From NCBI GenBank assembly GCA_951406725.2, contig OX597827.1, forward strand, positions 65,658,001 to 65,722,000: 64,000 nt of DNA, given 5' to 3'. Within the stretch, counting starts at the first letter, position 1; each line of letters starts with the position of its first letter. Positions 44,466 to 58,134 of the stretch are shown here, in pieces. The translations under genes were made by a program, and so were the position numbers. This DNA comes from Octopus vulgaris (taxonomy: Eukaryota). The notes under the pieces are model-generated. The model saw only the letters and a list, made by a program, of their open reading frames with translations, ran no database searches and had not been told where the DNA came from.

Positions 44466-45170
44466 TTATTACCTCCGCCTTTGCAAAGGCAGAGGTATTG
44501 TATTCAGTCGCATTTCTTTGCTTGTTGTCTGTAGACAAGACATCTCAACAACCGCTGGATGGTATGGGATGAAACTTTCAGGGACGTTTGGCCTCGTGAC
44601 TTGCACGAATTGATTAGATTTTGGGATTGATCCAGCACCGACCAAGGAATTTGGATTATTTTTCAAGTTCTATTTTTACTCTATTTATTGCCAGTCTTTG
44701 TGTTTTAATAACATTTCTGAAAGTTATTTGGTGTTACGCGTGTATCCTCTTTTTTGATAAGAATCAAACTTTTACTTTTGTTTTTGCATCCTGACGAGAA
44801 ATCATCAGGTCATTTTAAACTCCATTTAATCTTACCTCATGTGATTTGAATCTTGCATTGGCCACGAGTTAACGAGTAACATGGCGTCTTTCGCTCGATG
44901 TTTTCATTAGTATGTCCATTGTTCTGTTTTGGTAAATATGCTTCATTTTCTTTAGCCTTTTTAGTACTTTGTTTCTCTCTTCTGTCTTCTCTCTTCTCTC
45001 TTCTAATCTGTCGCCCGCGTCTTGAACAGAATTAGTCATATAATGATTTATTTTTCGATGTTTTCAATAGTATGTTCATAATTTTTGCTTTTGTTTCCAT
45101 GTCCTTTTTTTTTTTCTTTTTGTAAATGATGTCGCCAGCGTGTATAGATACTTGTTACTATTTAGTTTTA
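44466..45170 (+). mobile_element. Helentron/DINE-1-like (HINE) non-autonomous element; 3' boundary uncertain
   Basis: Starts TTATTACCTCCGCC with hairpin TACCTCCGCCTTTGCAAAGGCAGAGGTA, then TTGTCTGT, GATGAAACTT and TGATTAGATTTTGG blocks typical of HINEs. Confidence 0.65.
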
Positions 45171-45462
45171 TAATGATAATGATATAATCATATTTTTAAA
45201 TACTTGATTTCGTTGTATTTATTTATGATACTAAGAAAATACACATTACTGCGTCTTAGATATTTAAATAGACTCACTGTTGCCGTTTATGTCTATTTAG
45301 CACAATTCTCGTTTTTCGCGTGCGGAAAGTACGGTAATATGAACAGTCAGTCGTTATATCAGGCGTTGTTGTTGCAAGCTTTAACCCACTAAATTTCCAT
45401 TTTCCTTCCTTGAAGTAGTAGATAAAATAATAGAATGTTTATACGTATTATTTTATTTAACA

Positions 45463-46160
45463 CTAGCAGTATCGCCCGGCGTTGCTCAAGTTTGTAAGGG
45501 AAATAACTATACTCTATTTTTACTTTTTTACTTGTTTCAGTCATCTGACTGCGGCCATGCTGGAGCACCGCCTTTAGTCGAGCAAATCGACCCCAGAACT
45601 TATTCGTTGTAAGCCCAGTACTTATTCTATCCGTCTCTTTTGCCGAACCGCTAAGTGACGGGGACGTAAACACACCAGCATCGGTTGTCAAGCAATGCTA
45701 GAGGGACAAACACAGACACATAAACATATACACACATACATATATATATATATATACGACAGGCTTCTTTCAGTTTCCGTCTACCAAATCCACTCACAAG
45801 GCTTTGGTTGGCCCAAGGCTATAGCAGAAGACACTTGCCCAAGATGCCACGCAGTGGGACTGAACCCGGAACCATCTGCTTGGTTAGCAAGCTACTTACC
45901 ACACAGCCACTGCTATAAGCATTTTTAGAGAGTTATAGCCAAAAAATAGCAAAAAAGGCATTAAAAATGGAAAAAATGATGGTAATTTCTTTTTTAAATC
46001 GAAGACTCATCGTAGACGCGCGCTAATACCCAGAAGGGCTCGATATAAATCACGACTATAAGATACCCGGTTTTGGTTAAACTGCACCGCAAAATGTGGG
46101 AGTAGTTAGGAATCTAAATCGTAGGAGACAGACACACAACCTGACTTTTATATATAAAGA
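45463..46160 (-). mobile_element. Non-autonomous Helitron carrying a nested SINE
   Basis: The minus strand begins A|TCTTTATATATAAAAG and ends GAGCAACGCCGGGCGATACTGCTAG|T. This gives a 5' TC, a subterminal GC-rich hairpin remnant, a 3' CTAG and an A-T target with no TSD. Confidence 0.85.
45512..45912 (-). mobile_element. SINE family A nested in the Helitron
   Basis: Near full-length family A copy with CTATA repeated at 45507-45511 and 45913-45917. Confidence 0.92.
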
Positions 46161-47109
46161 TTGCTTTTAATGTTTTGCCTTTCAACAATATATAATCACG
46201 TGATACATTAACCTACAACAATTTTAAACTTAATCCTGCTTCTGTTGGATAAAACGATTTTAGTTTCCAAATAAGAAAAACAAGTCTCAACTGGGCACGC
46301 GGTTGTTTGCGAGTACGTGTATTGACAGAGCCCTGGAGGGCCGAAGTGCTTCTGGCTTTCTCGCCAGCATTTATGAGACGAATTTCGTCTCCCTGCAAAA
46401 TGTATTTCTCCTGAGACACAGCACAAAAGTAAATTCGCCTTTCAACGATGCATTTACATGAAATAAAAATGTCTTTCTTTTTTAACATGTTTATTAAGCT
46501 TCAGAAAATTATATGTTTATTAATTTTACACGTGTGTTTCCTAGGATGGTTCAGAGCAATATTGTTACGAAATCCGCAGGTACGATGGGATCACGTAATA
46601 GCGGAACGACAACCTGGCAACTCCCGTGCGTCACTATGCAGCCCTCCTCTCTACAGCTTCTTTCATCATATCAGTTTCAGAGTGTTGCACTCCAGAATAC
46701 ACAGTACTATGACACAGAGCGATTCTGAGCAAGATATATGATCACACACACGCACACGCCACACATCCACAAACAGGCACCTCTTTATATGGAAGGGTAT
46801 TTTATTTTCACGTATCTGTTACTTCTAAATGTAATTGTATATCGTTAAATTACTACCTTAAATATAATTTTTTTTTATTATAACATTCACTTATCTCTCC
46901 CCTTACTGTTTTTGCAGGAATAGAATGAAGGTATTTAATTCTATACAAGTATTCAACGATAGATTTTCGTAAATTAAAATTCATGAATTATATATATAAA
47001 AAATGTCTTGTACGATTTCTTAAAGATTATTTTTTATAATCAATAATTTTTAATTTAAGAAAATATTTCTGCAAATGTTGTGACTGTATCAAGACTTCTT
47101 TGCAAATTA

Positions 47110-47385
47110 TACATACATACATACACACACACACCTATATATACATATTTTATATATACATATATATATATATACATACATATATATATACACACATATA
47201 TATATATATATACATGTATATACATACATATATATATATAAACATATATGTACATACATATATATACATATATATGTACATACATACATACACACACACA
47301 TATATATATAAATATATATATATATATATGCATACATATATATGTACATAAATACATACATATATATACACACTCATATATATAT

Positions 47386-47416
<31 letters not shown>

Positions 47417-47435
47417 CATATAATGTATGTATATT
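47110..47435. repeat. (TA)/(CA) degenerate microsatellite
   Basis: Directly visible. Confidence 0.93.
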
Positions 47436-49138
47436 CACAGAGAGAAAGGGATAGATAGTTACACCCACATATACTCATACATTGATGATAGTATCTACTT
47501 AAATAATGGCTCTCAAGTAGTGAATATCAATTTTGGTTCTGTTTTTATCTTTTTTACTTTGTTACTTTTCTTTTTATACATTTATAAATTAGTTATCAGA
47601 AACGCCGTGCTCCTTGGTGACATTTTTTTATTTTATTTAATTTTTTCCACTCAATTCAGTAATATATCAGGGGAACAATTGTTACTTTTCCTTTTTTTTT
47701 AAATATCATAGGAGAGAACTTTCTGGAGATTAGAATTCTAATACTACAAGAGGTCATGAAGAAAAGTCAGTGATACACAAGAAGAGAAAACATTTTATAA
47801 AATAATATTCAGCCATGTTGAATTTCAGATTCTTTTTCTTAAGTAAGACATTTACTTCCAAAAACGTGAGGTGATGTAAGGTTTTTATCTCTGGTTGTCA
47901 GATATATTTGTTCATGTTTCCTACATTGAACTCCATCATCATCCGTCTGAAGAGAGGTAAAACTTTCAAATTTCAAAAAAGGAAACAAAAGTTGAAGCGT
48001 AAGCTAGGGGTACATACATGCAAAACCATAAATAACTACGATATGTATATTTTCGCCTAAATTTATTAAAAAAAAACATTATAAAGACTTACAATAAATG
48101 ATGTAAACAAACAACGACGAATGGATTTTTCTGGCCCAACCAGGATTTTCGGTAGTCCTATAATGTATGGAAATTATTCTACGAGCTTACCTTATAGAAT
48201 TACTAATAACATACTTTCTTGATACATCGTAAAATATACTAAATGATGCCTGGGAAGATACCCATACGTAACAGTATGTTCCTGGAGAACTTCGACCAAA
48301 GTTGAGAAATGGATACTCAAAATATATGAAATGTGTTAAAATGGTGGTGTAATATTATAGTCAAATTAGTGATGACATATTACATAGGTAGGGAAAGCGT
48401 TAAATATCCTAATTTGATAATTGTCAGAATAGTCTGATAAATATCATCCGAAATGTTTCAGCTTTATTATGACCTCATCAACATAGCATTGCTTTCTCTC
48501 TATAGCTTTTTTGTGTGATGGACGAATTAGTAAAAGCAACATAAATGTTCATTGGTTCACATTCGGAATTAATACTTATTTAGAGGACAAATGTACTCAG
48601 TTTTCTTAATGAAACCATATAGCCATCCGTGGATTCAAGCAGCGTACGTAGTGACTAGGTAGTTCAAAGGAGGCGACATTTGTTAGTTTCCTGGTAATAT
48701 TGTCATTGTAGGCGTTGTGTTGTTGTGTATTTAGGAAGTTGACGAGCAGTCGTGTCTATCCCATTGCGTGGAATCCTGAGCAAAAGTAATTTTCGGCTCA
48801 TACCCAGTGAGGGAAATCAGATAGACAGAAAGTATATACATAGATAATGGTCTGATGGATTATGCCTTTGATTGAAGTATGCAGTGTGGTAACTCAGTAT
48901 GATTTAGTGAGTCGGCATGTTATTACGTTAAGAGCACCCATGTCAGTATGTGGAATTTTCAATAAATTACACTTTCGTTTAGCAGCACGTTTTACTGTAG
49001 CTCGAACAACTAAATGCTTCGTCCAAGAACAGTGGTCCAACAAAAGAGAAATTCAAAAGAAAAGCAAAGCCGATCGCGGTAAACTTTTAACTCAAAACGT
49101 AAAGACGAATATAAACGGTAACAATTCGGATGAAGGCT

Positions 49139-49320
49139 AAGGCGGTGAGCACACCTAGGAAAATGCTTAGTGGCATTTCGTCCGTCCTTACGTCCTGAGT
49201 TCAAATACCCTCCAGGACTGACTTTGTCTTTCATACTTTAGGATTTGATAAGTACCAGTTGAACACGAGTCAGTGTAATCGACTTATTCCTTCTCTAAAT
49301 TGGTGCCAACATTTGAAGTC
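49139..49320 (+). mobile_element. SINE family B, diverged
   Basis: AAGGCGGTGAGC...AAATGCTTAGTGGCATTTCGTCCGTCCTTACGTCCTGAGTTCAAAT...GATAAGTACCAGTT. Confidence 0.7.
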
Positions 49321-50899
49321 AATAATAATAATGATGATGAAGGCTGCTTCTAACAGACGAGGGTAATGCATTATGAGAGTTGGAAGAATTTCGAGACAAT
49401 TAATTGCCACAAAGAGGGAAAACCTCTACCACATCCTCTCACAAAGTTGTTTGGCTCTAGTAATTGGATCTGCATTTTATATATATTTTTATATATTTTA
49501 TTCCCTAGTCTTGATGAACTGATATTAAATATACTCTTCTAGGTTAGCATGTTTAATAGAAGCATAAATGGGTGGAAGGGGGAATACTAGCAGAGTCATT
49601 AGATCGTAGGACGGAATAAATTTGTTCCGATTCTCTGAAATCATTTACGCTGTAATCCTTGTGGCCTGGAAACGTAATACAATCAATATATTGAATTAAT
49701 TAAACGTCGAAACACATTCCTTGCTGAATTGGTAGTACTCACTCCGCTCTGAATTTAATTGCCACCGAGGTCAACTTTCATTCTTTCAGATATATTATTC
49801 CAGTTTCTCGTGTTCTGATATTCCTCATGATTGACTACATGGGTGGCAGGCTACCCGTCGCTAGTTTTAACACCACGGTCTGGCATGTGACAGTTTTTCT
49901 GGCGACAACCACTCTATTGTAAGCATTTGACACATTCTGCCAATTTTAGGATAATCCCTTTCCTTGCATCCACCACTCTAAACGCCCTGTAATGGATTAC
50001 AAATATTTCATTCTTCTTAGCTAAAATGATGAAAGAAAAATAAAACGATATATTTTAATCCTGATTGTCCTGAGACACCTTCAATATTTTTCAATCTAAA
50101 CTTTATAATTTATTAAACGTTTTCTCTGGCAAATCCTCGAATGACGCCCAGTGTTAAATCTCATGATATCAAATAACTATAACTGCGATTTTGCTCACAA
50201 CATTTTGCCACCAAAAATACAGTGTAAAACAGTGAAAACACGTAAGCAAACTGACATGTTATAAGAAAATAAAAACAATATGAAAAAACATTAACGCTAC
50301 CGATCTTTGATCCCAGGAAAAAATGCCACGAAGCAATAATATATGTATCATTAAAGTGAAATAAATTTCTAATATAAAGGATGAGATTTTTGGTTGACAT
50401 ATCTGGGATTTATGCGAACATACATATCCAATGTTCAATGGAAATAGAGTAAGAGCCAAACAACCATGGGATCTCATACATTATATCAACTCGTTACATT
50501 TTGAAAAATCACGCACCGGAACAAAGCCGATATATCTTAGTGAAATACGTCTAATAAATCATTGATGAATAAATCCATCCACGTTGCAGCATTTGGTGTA
50601 GGTGGAAAACTAAGTATAGCAAAGTGAAGCCCTTACCAGAAGCCCCTTTAAGAGATTTCGATGCCATCAGGCTAAAAAAAAACATAATGAGTCAACATTT
50701 TCAGCTGATGGAACTATGACAGTTAGATAATTTCTCAAACCCATATTGTGGAACCGATATTGTCACAAAAATCCCAGGATTTTTTCTTGAGAAATATATT
50801 CATCTGCAACAAAATTCTGTATACATCCGGATACATATGGATACATATGGATAGAGTTCTCAATTTTAGTCATAATTTAGATTCAAAATCAGTACTTTT

Positions 50900-51082
50900 C
50901 AAGGGTGAGGGTAAAATAGATACTATTGGACCCAGAACCTGACTATTATTTTATTTCAATACGGAAAAGATGAATAGTAAACTTGACCTTGATGAAATTT
51001 GAACGCAGAACTTTAAAAGTCGAAAGATATAAAGCAACGCATTTTCAACACGTCCTAACGAATCTACCATCTCACGGCCTTC
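50900..51082 (-). mobile_element. SINE family B, old copy
   Basis: GAAAAGATGAATAGTAAACTTGACCTTGATGAAATTTGAACGCAGAAC...CTAACGAATCTACCATCTCACGGCCTT. Confidence 0.6.
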
Positions 51083-51278
51083 TAAGATCGATTACTGACT
51101 GTGGTACTGGGGTAAATGTTTGAAGGGTAGCCTTAGTCAATACCATATACATAGAAGTTGGTTTATACGGAAGAAATATCCCAAAGAATTACTCTTCGAT
51201 AGCCTATCGATTTTGCATGCTCCCTGCCATAATTTCAGTCTTATGTGAGAAAATGCAATAATTTAAATAATTTAAATT

Positions 51279-51511
51279 ACTCTTTTACTTGTTTCAGTCA
51301 TTTCATTGTGGCCATGCTGGAGCACCACCTTTAGTCGAGGAAATGGACTCCTGGACTTATTCTTTGTAACCCTAGGACTTATTCTATCGACATCTTTTCC
51401 CGAACCGCTAAGTTACGGGGAGGTAAACACACCAGCATCAGCTGTCAAGCGATGTTGTGGGGACAAACACAGACACACAAACATATACACACACATACAT
51501 ACATACATACA

Positions 51512-51546
<35 letters not shown>

Positions 51547-51720
51547 TACCATATATACGACGGGCTTCTTTCAGTTTCCGCCTACCAAATCCTGTCACAA
51601 GGCTTTGGTTGACTCGAGACTATAGTAGAAGACACTTGCCCAATGAACCACGCAGTGGGACTGAACCCGGGACCATGTGGTTCGTAAGTAACCTACTTAC
51701 CACACAGCAACTCATACACC
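51279..51720 (-). mobile_element. SINE family A
   Basis: Colinear with 99-500, with an internal (CATA)n expansion. Confidence 0.9.
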
Positions 51721-52211
51721 TATAAAGTATGCAAGCATACTCAGAAGATAAAATATAGTTGATATTAATATTAAAATCTTTACTTTTCAAAATAGGTTTG
51801 TATTTACATATGTAATAGCTTGATAATAAGTACATTTTATGTACAAAGAAAGTTATAGACTTAAAACATTTTCTTCACAACAACGATAAATGAATTGGTT
51901 CCGTTGACACAACACTTTCAGCAAAAGCATGGGTCGCTTATATCCCAGAAAGTAAACCAAAATGGAAAATTTTTGGTGAAACTGATGATGTTCTTGAGTG
52001 CTTGGGTAGAAGCTTCATTTAATCTGACGCCAAATATATTAGTGATTTAGATGAGTTTTAAGGGAATATGGAAATAGGAATTCATGACTAAAGATAATAT
52101 CTTCCTTTCTCCATTCATTAGTGGATTCCAAGAATATGACCGCAAATCTTCAATTCCTCAGTGATGTATAAGTATGCATGTATGATTACATATGTATGCA
52201 TGCACGTATGC

Positions 52212-52268
<57 letters not shown>

Positions 52269-52291
52269 ATGTATGTATATATATGTATATA

Positions 52292-52350
<59 letters not shown>

Positions 52351-52702
52351 TCATCTCTGTATGTAACTAACTATATATTGATGTGTGTGGCCTGTGTTTC
52401 CGTGTATTAATGTGTATGTGAATAAATATTTGTATGCGTCTTCGTGTGTATACATGAATGTGCATCTCTTATCCCGTGTCTTTAATGATTCGCAAAGACT
52501 GCTATATCCTGTTACATCCTGTTACATTTATTACTATTGATTTCTGCCCAGCAAAATTCAGAGCCCTTTTCAAACAAACCAATCGTTAATCCTATTTAAA
52601 ACGAATGTTCTTTACACCAGCCTGTCTAATGACACCAATCCCGATACCCTTATAATCGTTCATTCCTGCTACTTGATATCATTAGAATTGTGGATCACAT
52701 GT

Positions 52703-53093
52703 AAGGTGGCGAGCTGGCAGAAATGTTAGCACGCGGGGCGAAATGATTAACGGTATTTCGTCTGCCGCTGCGTTCTGAGTTCGAATTCCGCCGAGGTCGA
52801 CTTTGCACTTCATCCTTTCGGGGTCGATAAATTAAGTACCAGTTACACACTAGGGTCGATATAATCGACTTAATCCGTTTGTCCTCTCTGTGTTTAGCCC
52901 CTTGTGGGTAGTATGTCGTCTATTTTGACGTTCTGAGTTCAAATTCCGCCGTGATCGACTTTGCTTTTCATCTTTTCGGGGTCGATAAATTATGTACCAC
53001 TTACGCACAGGGGTCGATGCAATCAACTTAATCCCTTTGTCTGTCTTGCTTTGTCCCCTCTATATTTAGCCCCTTGTGGGCAATAAAGAAATA
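52703..53093 (+). mobile_element. SINE family B dimer with TSD
   Basis: AAGGTGGCGAGCTGGCAGAAATG head. The unit from CGTTCTGAGTTC to TTTAGCCCCTTGTGGG occurs twice. TSD AGAATTGTGGATCA at 52684-52697 and 53094-53107. Confidence 0.92.
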
Positions 53094-53677
53094 AGAATTG
53101 TGGATCAAATGAATACTTCATCATCATCATGTTGCTCTTCCTTCTCTTCTTCCTCCTCATCTTCTTCGTCTTCTTCCGCCTTTACTACTACTATAACCAC
53201 CACCACCACCACCGCCACCGCTGCTGCTGCTGCTACTACTACTATTACTATCACTTTTTTATTTTGTTTTCATTTATTTGCGGAATCTCTCTTCCCATCT
53301 CCTACCACTTCTCTACGACCTCATCTTCGACCACGTCTTCCCTGCATTCCATAATGGATCTCACTTGGGAACAGTGAATTCATTTCAATTGCAAATCTAA
53401 TTGCCGATCTTCCGCAAAAAACAACAACAACATAGATTCCTGTAATTCATTACAAGATTGATGTCTTCCTATGTTGTATAGATATCATAAAAACATGAAC
53501 AAACAAAGAAGAGACACCCATACATAAACACTGCAGCCTGAGTATATTTTGTTTGGAAATGATTTCAACAACTAGCAAAATATCGAACTCATTTTCTACC
53601 AAATTTTAAAAAGCAAGTGCTTCTACAATTTTCGTGCTTTCTTAATTAATGCCCAACCTATATGATTCTCTCTCTCT

Positions 53678-53809
<132 letters not shown>

Positions 53810-54053
53810 TTATAAATGAGGGTGAAAAATCGATATTAATTTAATAATACCATTAATTTAACACCAAGTGGCTTAGCACAAAAAACTACGGAGAAAATAC
53901 AAATTTATACATAAATTATTAGAGAGTTATCCACTATGTGGATAACTCTAGTGCTAAAAATAGCTCCGAAGCAACCACAGAAGATCAGTTTCCAACTAGA
54001 ATCAACATACATTTAACGGAAGGAAAGAGAAATACAACGAATAAAATAGATTG

Positions 54054-54129
54054 ACTCTATACAATTGTTTCATTACTAATGTAATATGTAGTTTTACTTA
54101 CACTTACATCTATAAATCTTCGGTAGAGT
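54054..54129 (-). ncRNA. Type I hammerhead variant, copy 1
   Basis: Reverse complement of 54908-54983. Confidence 0.6.
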
Positions 54130-54907
54130 TTGTCAGAAATGCAATTAATTAGATCGATTCGAGCGTCAAAAACACGAGCGGTCCAACCAATTACATTTTT
54201 AGTTATGTCTCAAATTCCGCGCCAAAAGCATGCCTAGACTCCATTAGAAACGTATGCCGCATCAAATAAAATATTGACTGCCGCGTAGTTAAATTTATAA
54301 AATTATAAATGAGGGTGAAAAATCGATATTAATTTAATAATACCATTAATTTAACACCAAGTGGCTTAGCACAAAAAACTACGGAGAAAATACAAATTTA
54401 TACATAAATTATTAGAGAGTTATCCACTATGTGGATAACTCTAGTGCTAAAAATAGCTCCGAAGCAACCACAGAAGATCAGTTTCCAACTAGAATCAACA
54501 TACATTTAACGGAAGGAAAGAGAAATACAACGAATAAAATAGATTGACTCTATACAATTGTTTCATTACTAATGTAATATGTAGTTTTAGCACTAGAGTT
54601 ATCCACATAGTGGATAACTCTCTAATAATTTATGTATAAATTTGTATTTTCTCCGTAGTTTTTTGTGCTAAGCCACTTGGTGTTAAATTAATGGTATTAT
54701 TAAATTAATATCGATTTTTCACCCTCATTTATAATTTTATAAATTTAACTACGCGGCAGTCAATATTTTATTTGATGCGGCATACGTTTCCAATGGAGTC
54801 TAGGCATGCTTTTGGCGCGGAATTTGAGACATAACTAAAAATGTAATTGGTTGGACCGCTCGTGTTTTTGACGCTCGAATCGATCTAATTAATTGCATTT
54901 CTGACAA

Positions 54908-54983
54908 ACTCTACCGAAGATTTATAGATGTAAGTGTAAGTAAAACTACATATTACATTAGTAATGAAACAATTGTATAGAGT
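54908..54983 (+). ncRNA. Type I hammerhead variant (CCGAAGA core, long stem II)
   Basis: Stem I ACTCTA/TAGAGT (6 bp), core CCGAAGA, a 45-nt imperfect stem II hairpin (ATGTAA/TTACAT, GTGTA/TACAT), GAAA, CAATTG palindrome, and GTA cleavage triplet at 54975-54977. Confidence 0.6.
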
Positions 54984-55118
54984 CAATCTATTTTATTCGT
55001 TGTATTCTCTTTCCTTCCGTTAAATGTATGTTGATTCTAGTTGGAAACTGATCTTCTGTGGTTGCTTCGGAGCTATTTTTAGCACTAGAGTTATCCACAT
55101 AGTGGATAATCTCTAATA

Positions 55119-55198
<80 letters not shown>

Positions 55199-55202
<4 letters not shown>

Positions 55203-55431
55203 CAGAGATGATAAGGGTAAATGTTTTTAATTTGCCTTTGATTTCTGAATTACTACTATTTAGCGGTTTGAGTTTGGCTGCTCGTTTTAGTGAGTTGAAT
55301 GACCTATTAAGGCCATTCCTTAATATTATTGTTGAATGTACATTATATAGTCTGTTGACTATTTCTTCTTTCTCACTAGACCGCTGGTGGCGAAAAAATT
55401 TCTATTGAATTTCTTGCTACCCTGATATTGA

Positions 55432-55436
<5 letters not shown>
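55199..55436 (+). mobile_element. (TA)n-embedded repeat fragment related to 55506-55702
   Basis: Its reverse complement CAGGGTAGCAAGAAATT...GCCACCAGCGGTCTAG...CAGACTATATA aligns with CAGGGTAGCAAAAATAA...GCTACCACTGGTCTAG...TAGACTATATA. Confidence 0.65.
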
Positions 55437-55491
<55 letters not shown>

Positions 55492-55505
55492 TGTATGTAT
55501 ATATA

Positions 55506-55790
55506 TTATTAATAAATTCCAGGGTAGCAAAAATAATTAAGAGAATGTCTTTGCTACCACTGGTCTAGCCAGAAGAAAAAAACTAGTGAATAGACTATAT
55601 ATTATTCATATAAAAAACAGTGTACATGTAAACACATAAGAGATGGCCATAACAGGACATATGACCCACTAGAAGGAGTAGTTAAACTTCAAACCACTAT
55701 TAGGGGGAATTACCCATAATAGTGGTTTGGGGTTTAACTACTCCTTCTAGCGAGTCCGATGTCCTGTTATGGCCATCTGTTCTGTGTTTA
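55506..55790 (-). mobile_element. Related repeat fragment ending in a ~160-nt inverted repeat
   Basis: Arms at 55629-55702 and 55717-55790, e.g. AGATGGCCATAACAGGACAT / ATGTCCTGTTATGGCCATCT and CTAGAAGGAGTAGTTAAAC / GTTTAACTACTCCTTCTAG. Confidence 0.75.
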
Positions 55791-55841
55791 AATGCCCACT
55801 GTATTATTAGATAGATAGAACGATAGATAGATAGATAGATA

Positions 55842-56513
55842 AGTTTCTTTATTGACCACACAGTGCTGCACACAGATGGGACAAGTTACAAGGTAGAGCT
55901 TTTTCTTTTGGGGGATGAAAAAAAAAAGGTGGCGTAGGTTTTCGATCAAAAGGGATCGTAAATGGGGAAGGAGAAAAAAGGAAAAAAAAAAGAAAAAGGG
56001 AAAGGAACAAAAGAAAATAAAAATGAAAAAAGAAGAAAAAAGAGGAAAAAAGGGGAAGAGGAAAAAAACCATTAATAGGGATCGTGTATCACAGTGTCAT
56101 GATGTATGGTGTAAAGGGGAAAGCAAGTAAGGTTTATCCGTGGGAAGAAAAGCCTACGAAAAAGACCACGGTAACCATAGTCAATATTGTTATATGTTAC
56201 CACATTTATTTGCAAGTGGGTAACCCTCTATTTTCAATTTCTGGGTTCATAGGATCATGCTTAAGGTGGCTTCGTCATTCATACGTGCCATCCTTGCTAC
56301 ATTCACCCATCTTTTTTTAAAACGTTCGCTAGACAAAACCTGCCTCTCTACTCTCACTTTCCTTTTCAAGTGGTACTTGAAGAAGTTGATGAGAGGTTGA
56401 CCAGAGAGGAAAGTGTTTGTCTCCAATCCTTTCAGACGCGTCCACCAGATACATTCTGTCGCCATAGCCACACGGATGATGAAAATAGCTCTTCCTTCCC
56501 GTTTGAAGGAAGG
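55842..56513 (-). mobile_element. L1/Tx1-like LINE 3' end (ORF2 C-terminus plus 3' UTR) inserted in (GATA)n
   Basis: Minus strand PSFKREGRAIFIIRVAMATECIWWTRLKG...RWVNVARMARMNDEATLSMIL*, then a pyrimidine-rich UTR and AATAAAGAAACTT directly joined to (ATCT)n. (GATA)n lies at 55808-55841 and 56514-56595. Confidence 0.8.
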
Positions 56514-56596
<83 letters not shown>

Positions 56597-57064
56597 CAGG
56601 GGGCTCCAAAGGATCTCTGCCTTATTGAGCTAGTTTTTCATGAGTTCGTATTTGACACAAGTAGACAGCAACATTAGCAAATTATTATATGCAGTGACTA
56701 GTGTTGTGCACATACTTCTACTTTCGTAGAAAATAGTCAGCTGTCTTTCAATAAACACCAAGAAAATAAATGTAAAATTTTATACTTAGCTTTATATCAA
56801 GTTTCCGTTGTATCAAGTTGTATATAGCACTTTATATGCCCGTGCAGCATATATGTAGGAATATGGCTATATGAGTTGAGTTTATGAGTAACCGAGTATC
56901 TTATATTCAAGCATGATATATTGAAGCATGTATCTTCATCTTACTACTTATTATACACAATACATATATGAACAGGCATAAACGTTTATATCCACACTCA
57001 GTGATATACATGTGTGTGTGTGATTAGATCTGTCCTATTCTGTACGCATTTTTGATAATTGCCC

Positions 57065-57109
<45 letters not shown>

Positions 57110-57256
57110 TATATATATATATGTATATGTATATATCTATATCTATCTATCTGTCTACCTATCTATCTATCTATCTATAACTATATATATACATATATAC
57201 ATACATATATATATATACATATATACATACATATATATATATATATATATGTTTTT

Positions 57257-57302
<46 letters not shown>

Positions 57303-57909
57303 CATATGGCATTTGACACGTATATACTATCGTACGCCGGATTACTTTACTTAAAGGCATTACTCATTGTAAACGTTCTATGAGGATCATCAAATAATCA
57401 ATTGTGGCATCGAATCTGTAGGACTCCGCTGATGCTCTAAAGGTTAAGCATGTTTCTTCTACTACAATAAATAGGCATTTTCCCTCTAGATTGTTATTTT
57501 GTACATTTAACAGCAATTCGTATCTCTTACACAAGTACATACTTGCTTACTTATCAAACTCATTTTTCATTTCGTATCACATTAATAAACAGTAATTTTG
57601 AGGCATTGATATTCAACAGAGTTTTATTTTAGTTACGTAAAATGCAGATACCAACGTTTAACTTATTGCGTTGCTTAGAAAAGGACGAGGAGTATTTCAT
57701 GTTCTTAATATAAGTCCAGACAAGTTATTTCTCCCTTTATTCCTGCAGCATTTTGCTTCTTCCAGTGGTAATTGAACTAACATATATATTTATATACATA
57801 CATGTGTTTGATTTGCGGCAATACTATACATACATACAGACACACACATATATATATATCTATATATCCGTATACATATATGTGTATATATCTATGTATA
57901 TAAATATAT

Positions 57910-57979
<70 letters not shown>

Positions 57980-58134
57980 CATGCATGCATCTATACATAT
58001 ACACTACGGATTGCTTGAAGCAAACATACTTCCTGCAACTCAGCACTTAGATCTTAATTATATATATATATATATATATACATATGTATATCTCTATATG
58101 CATGAATGAATGTATGTATGTATTTATGTGGTCA

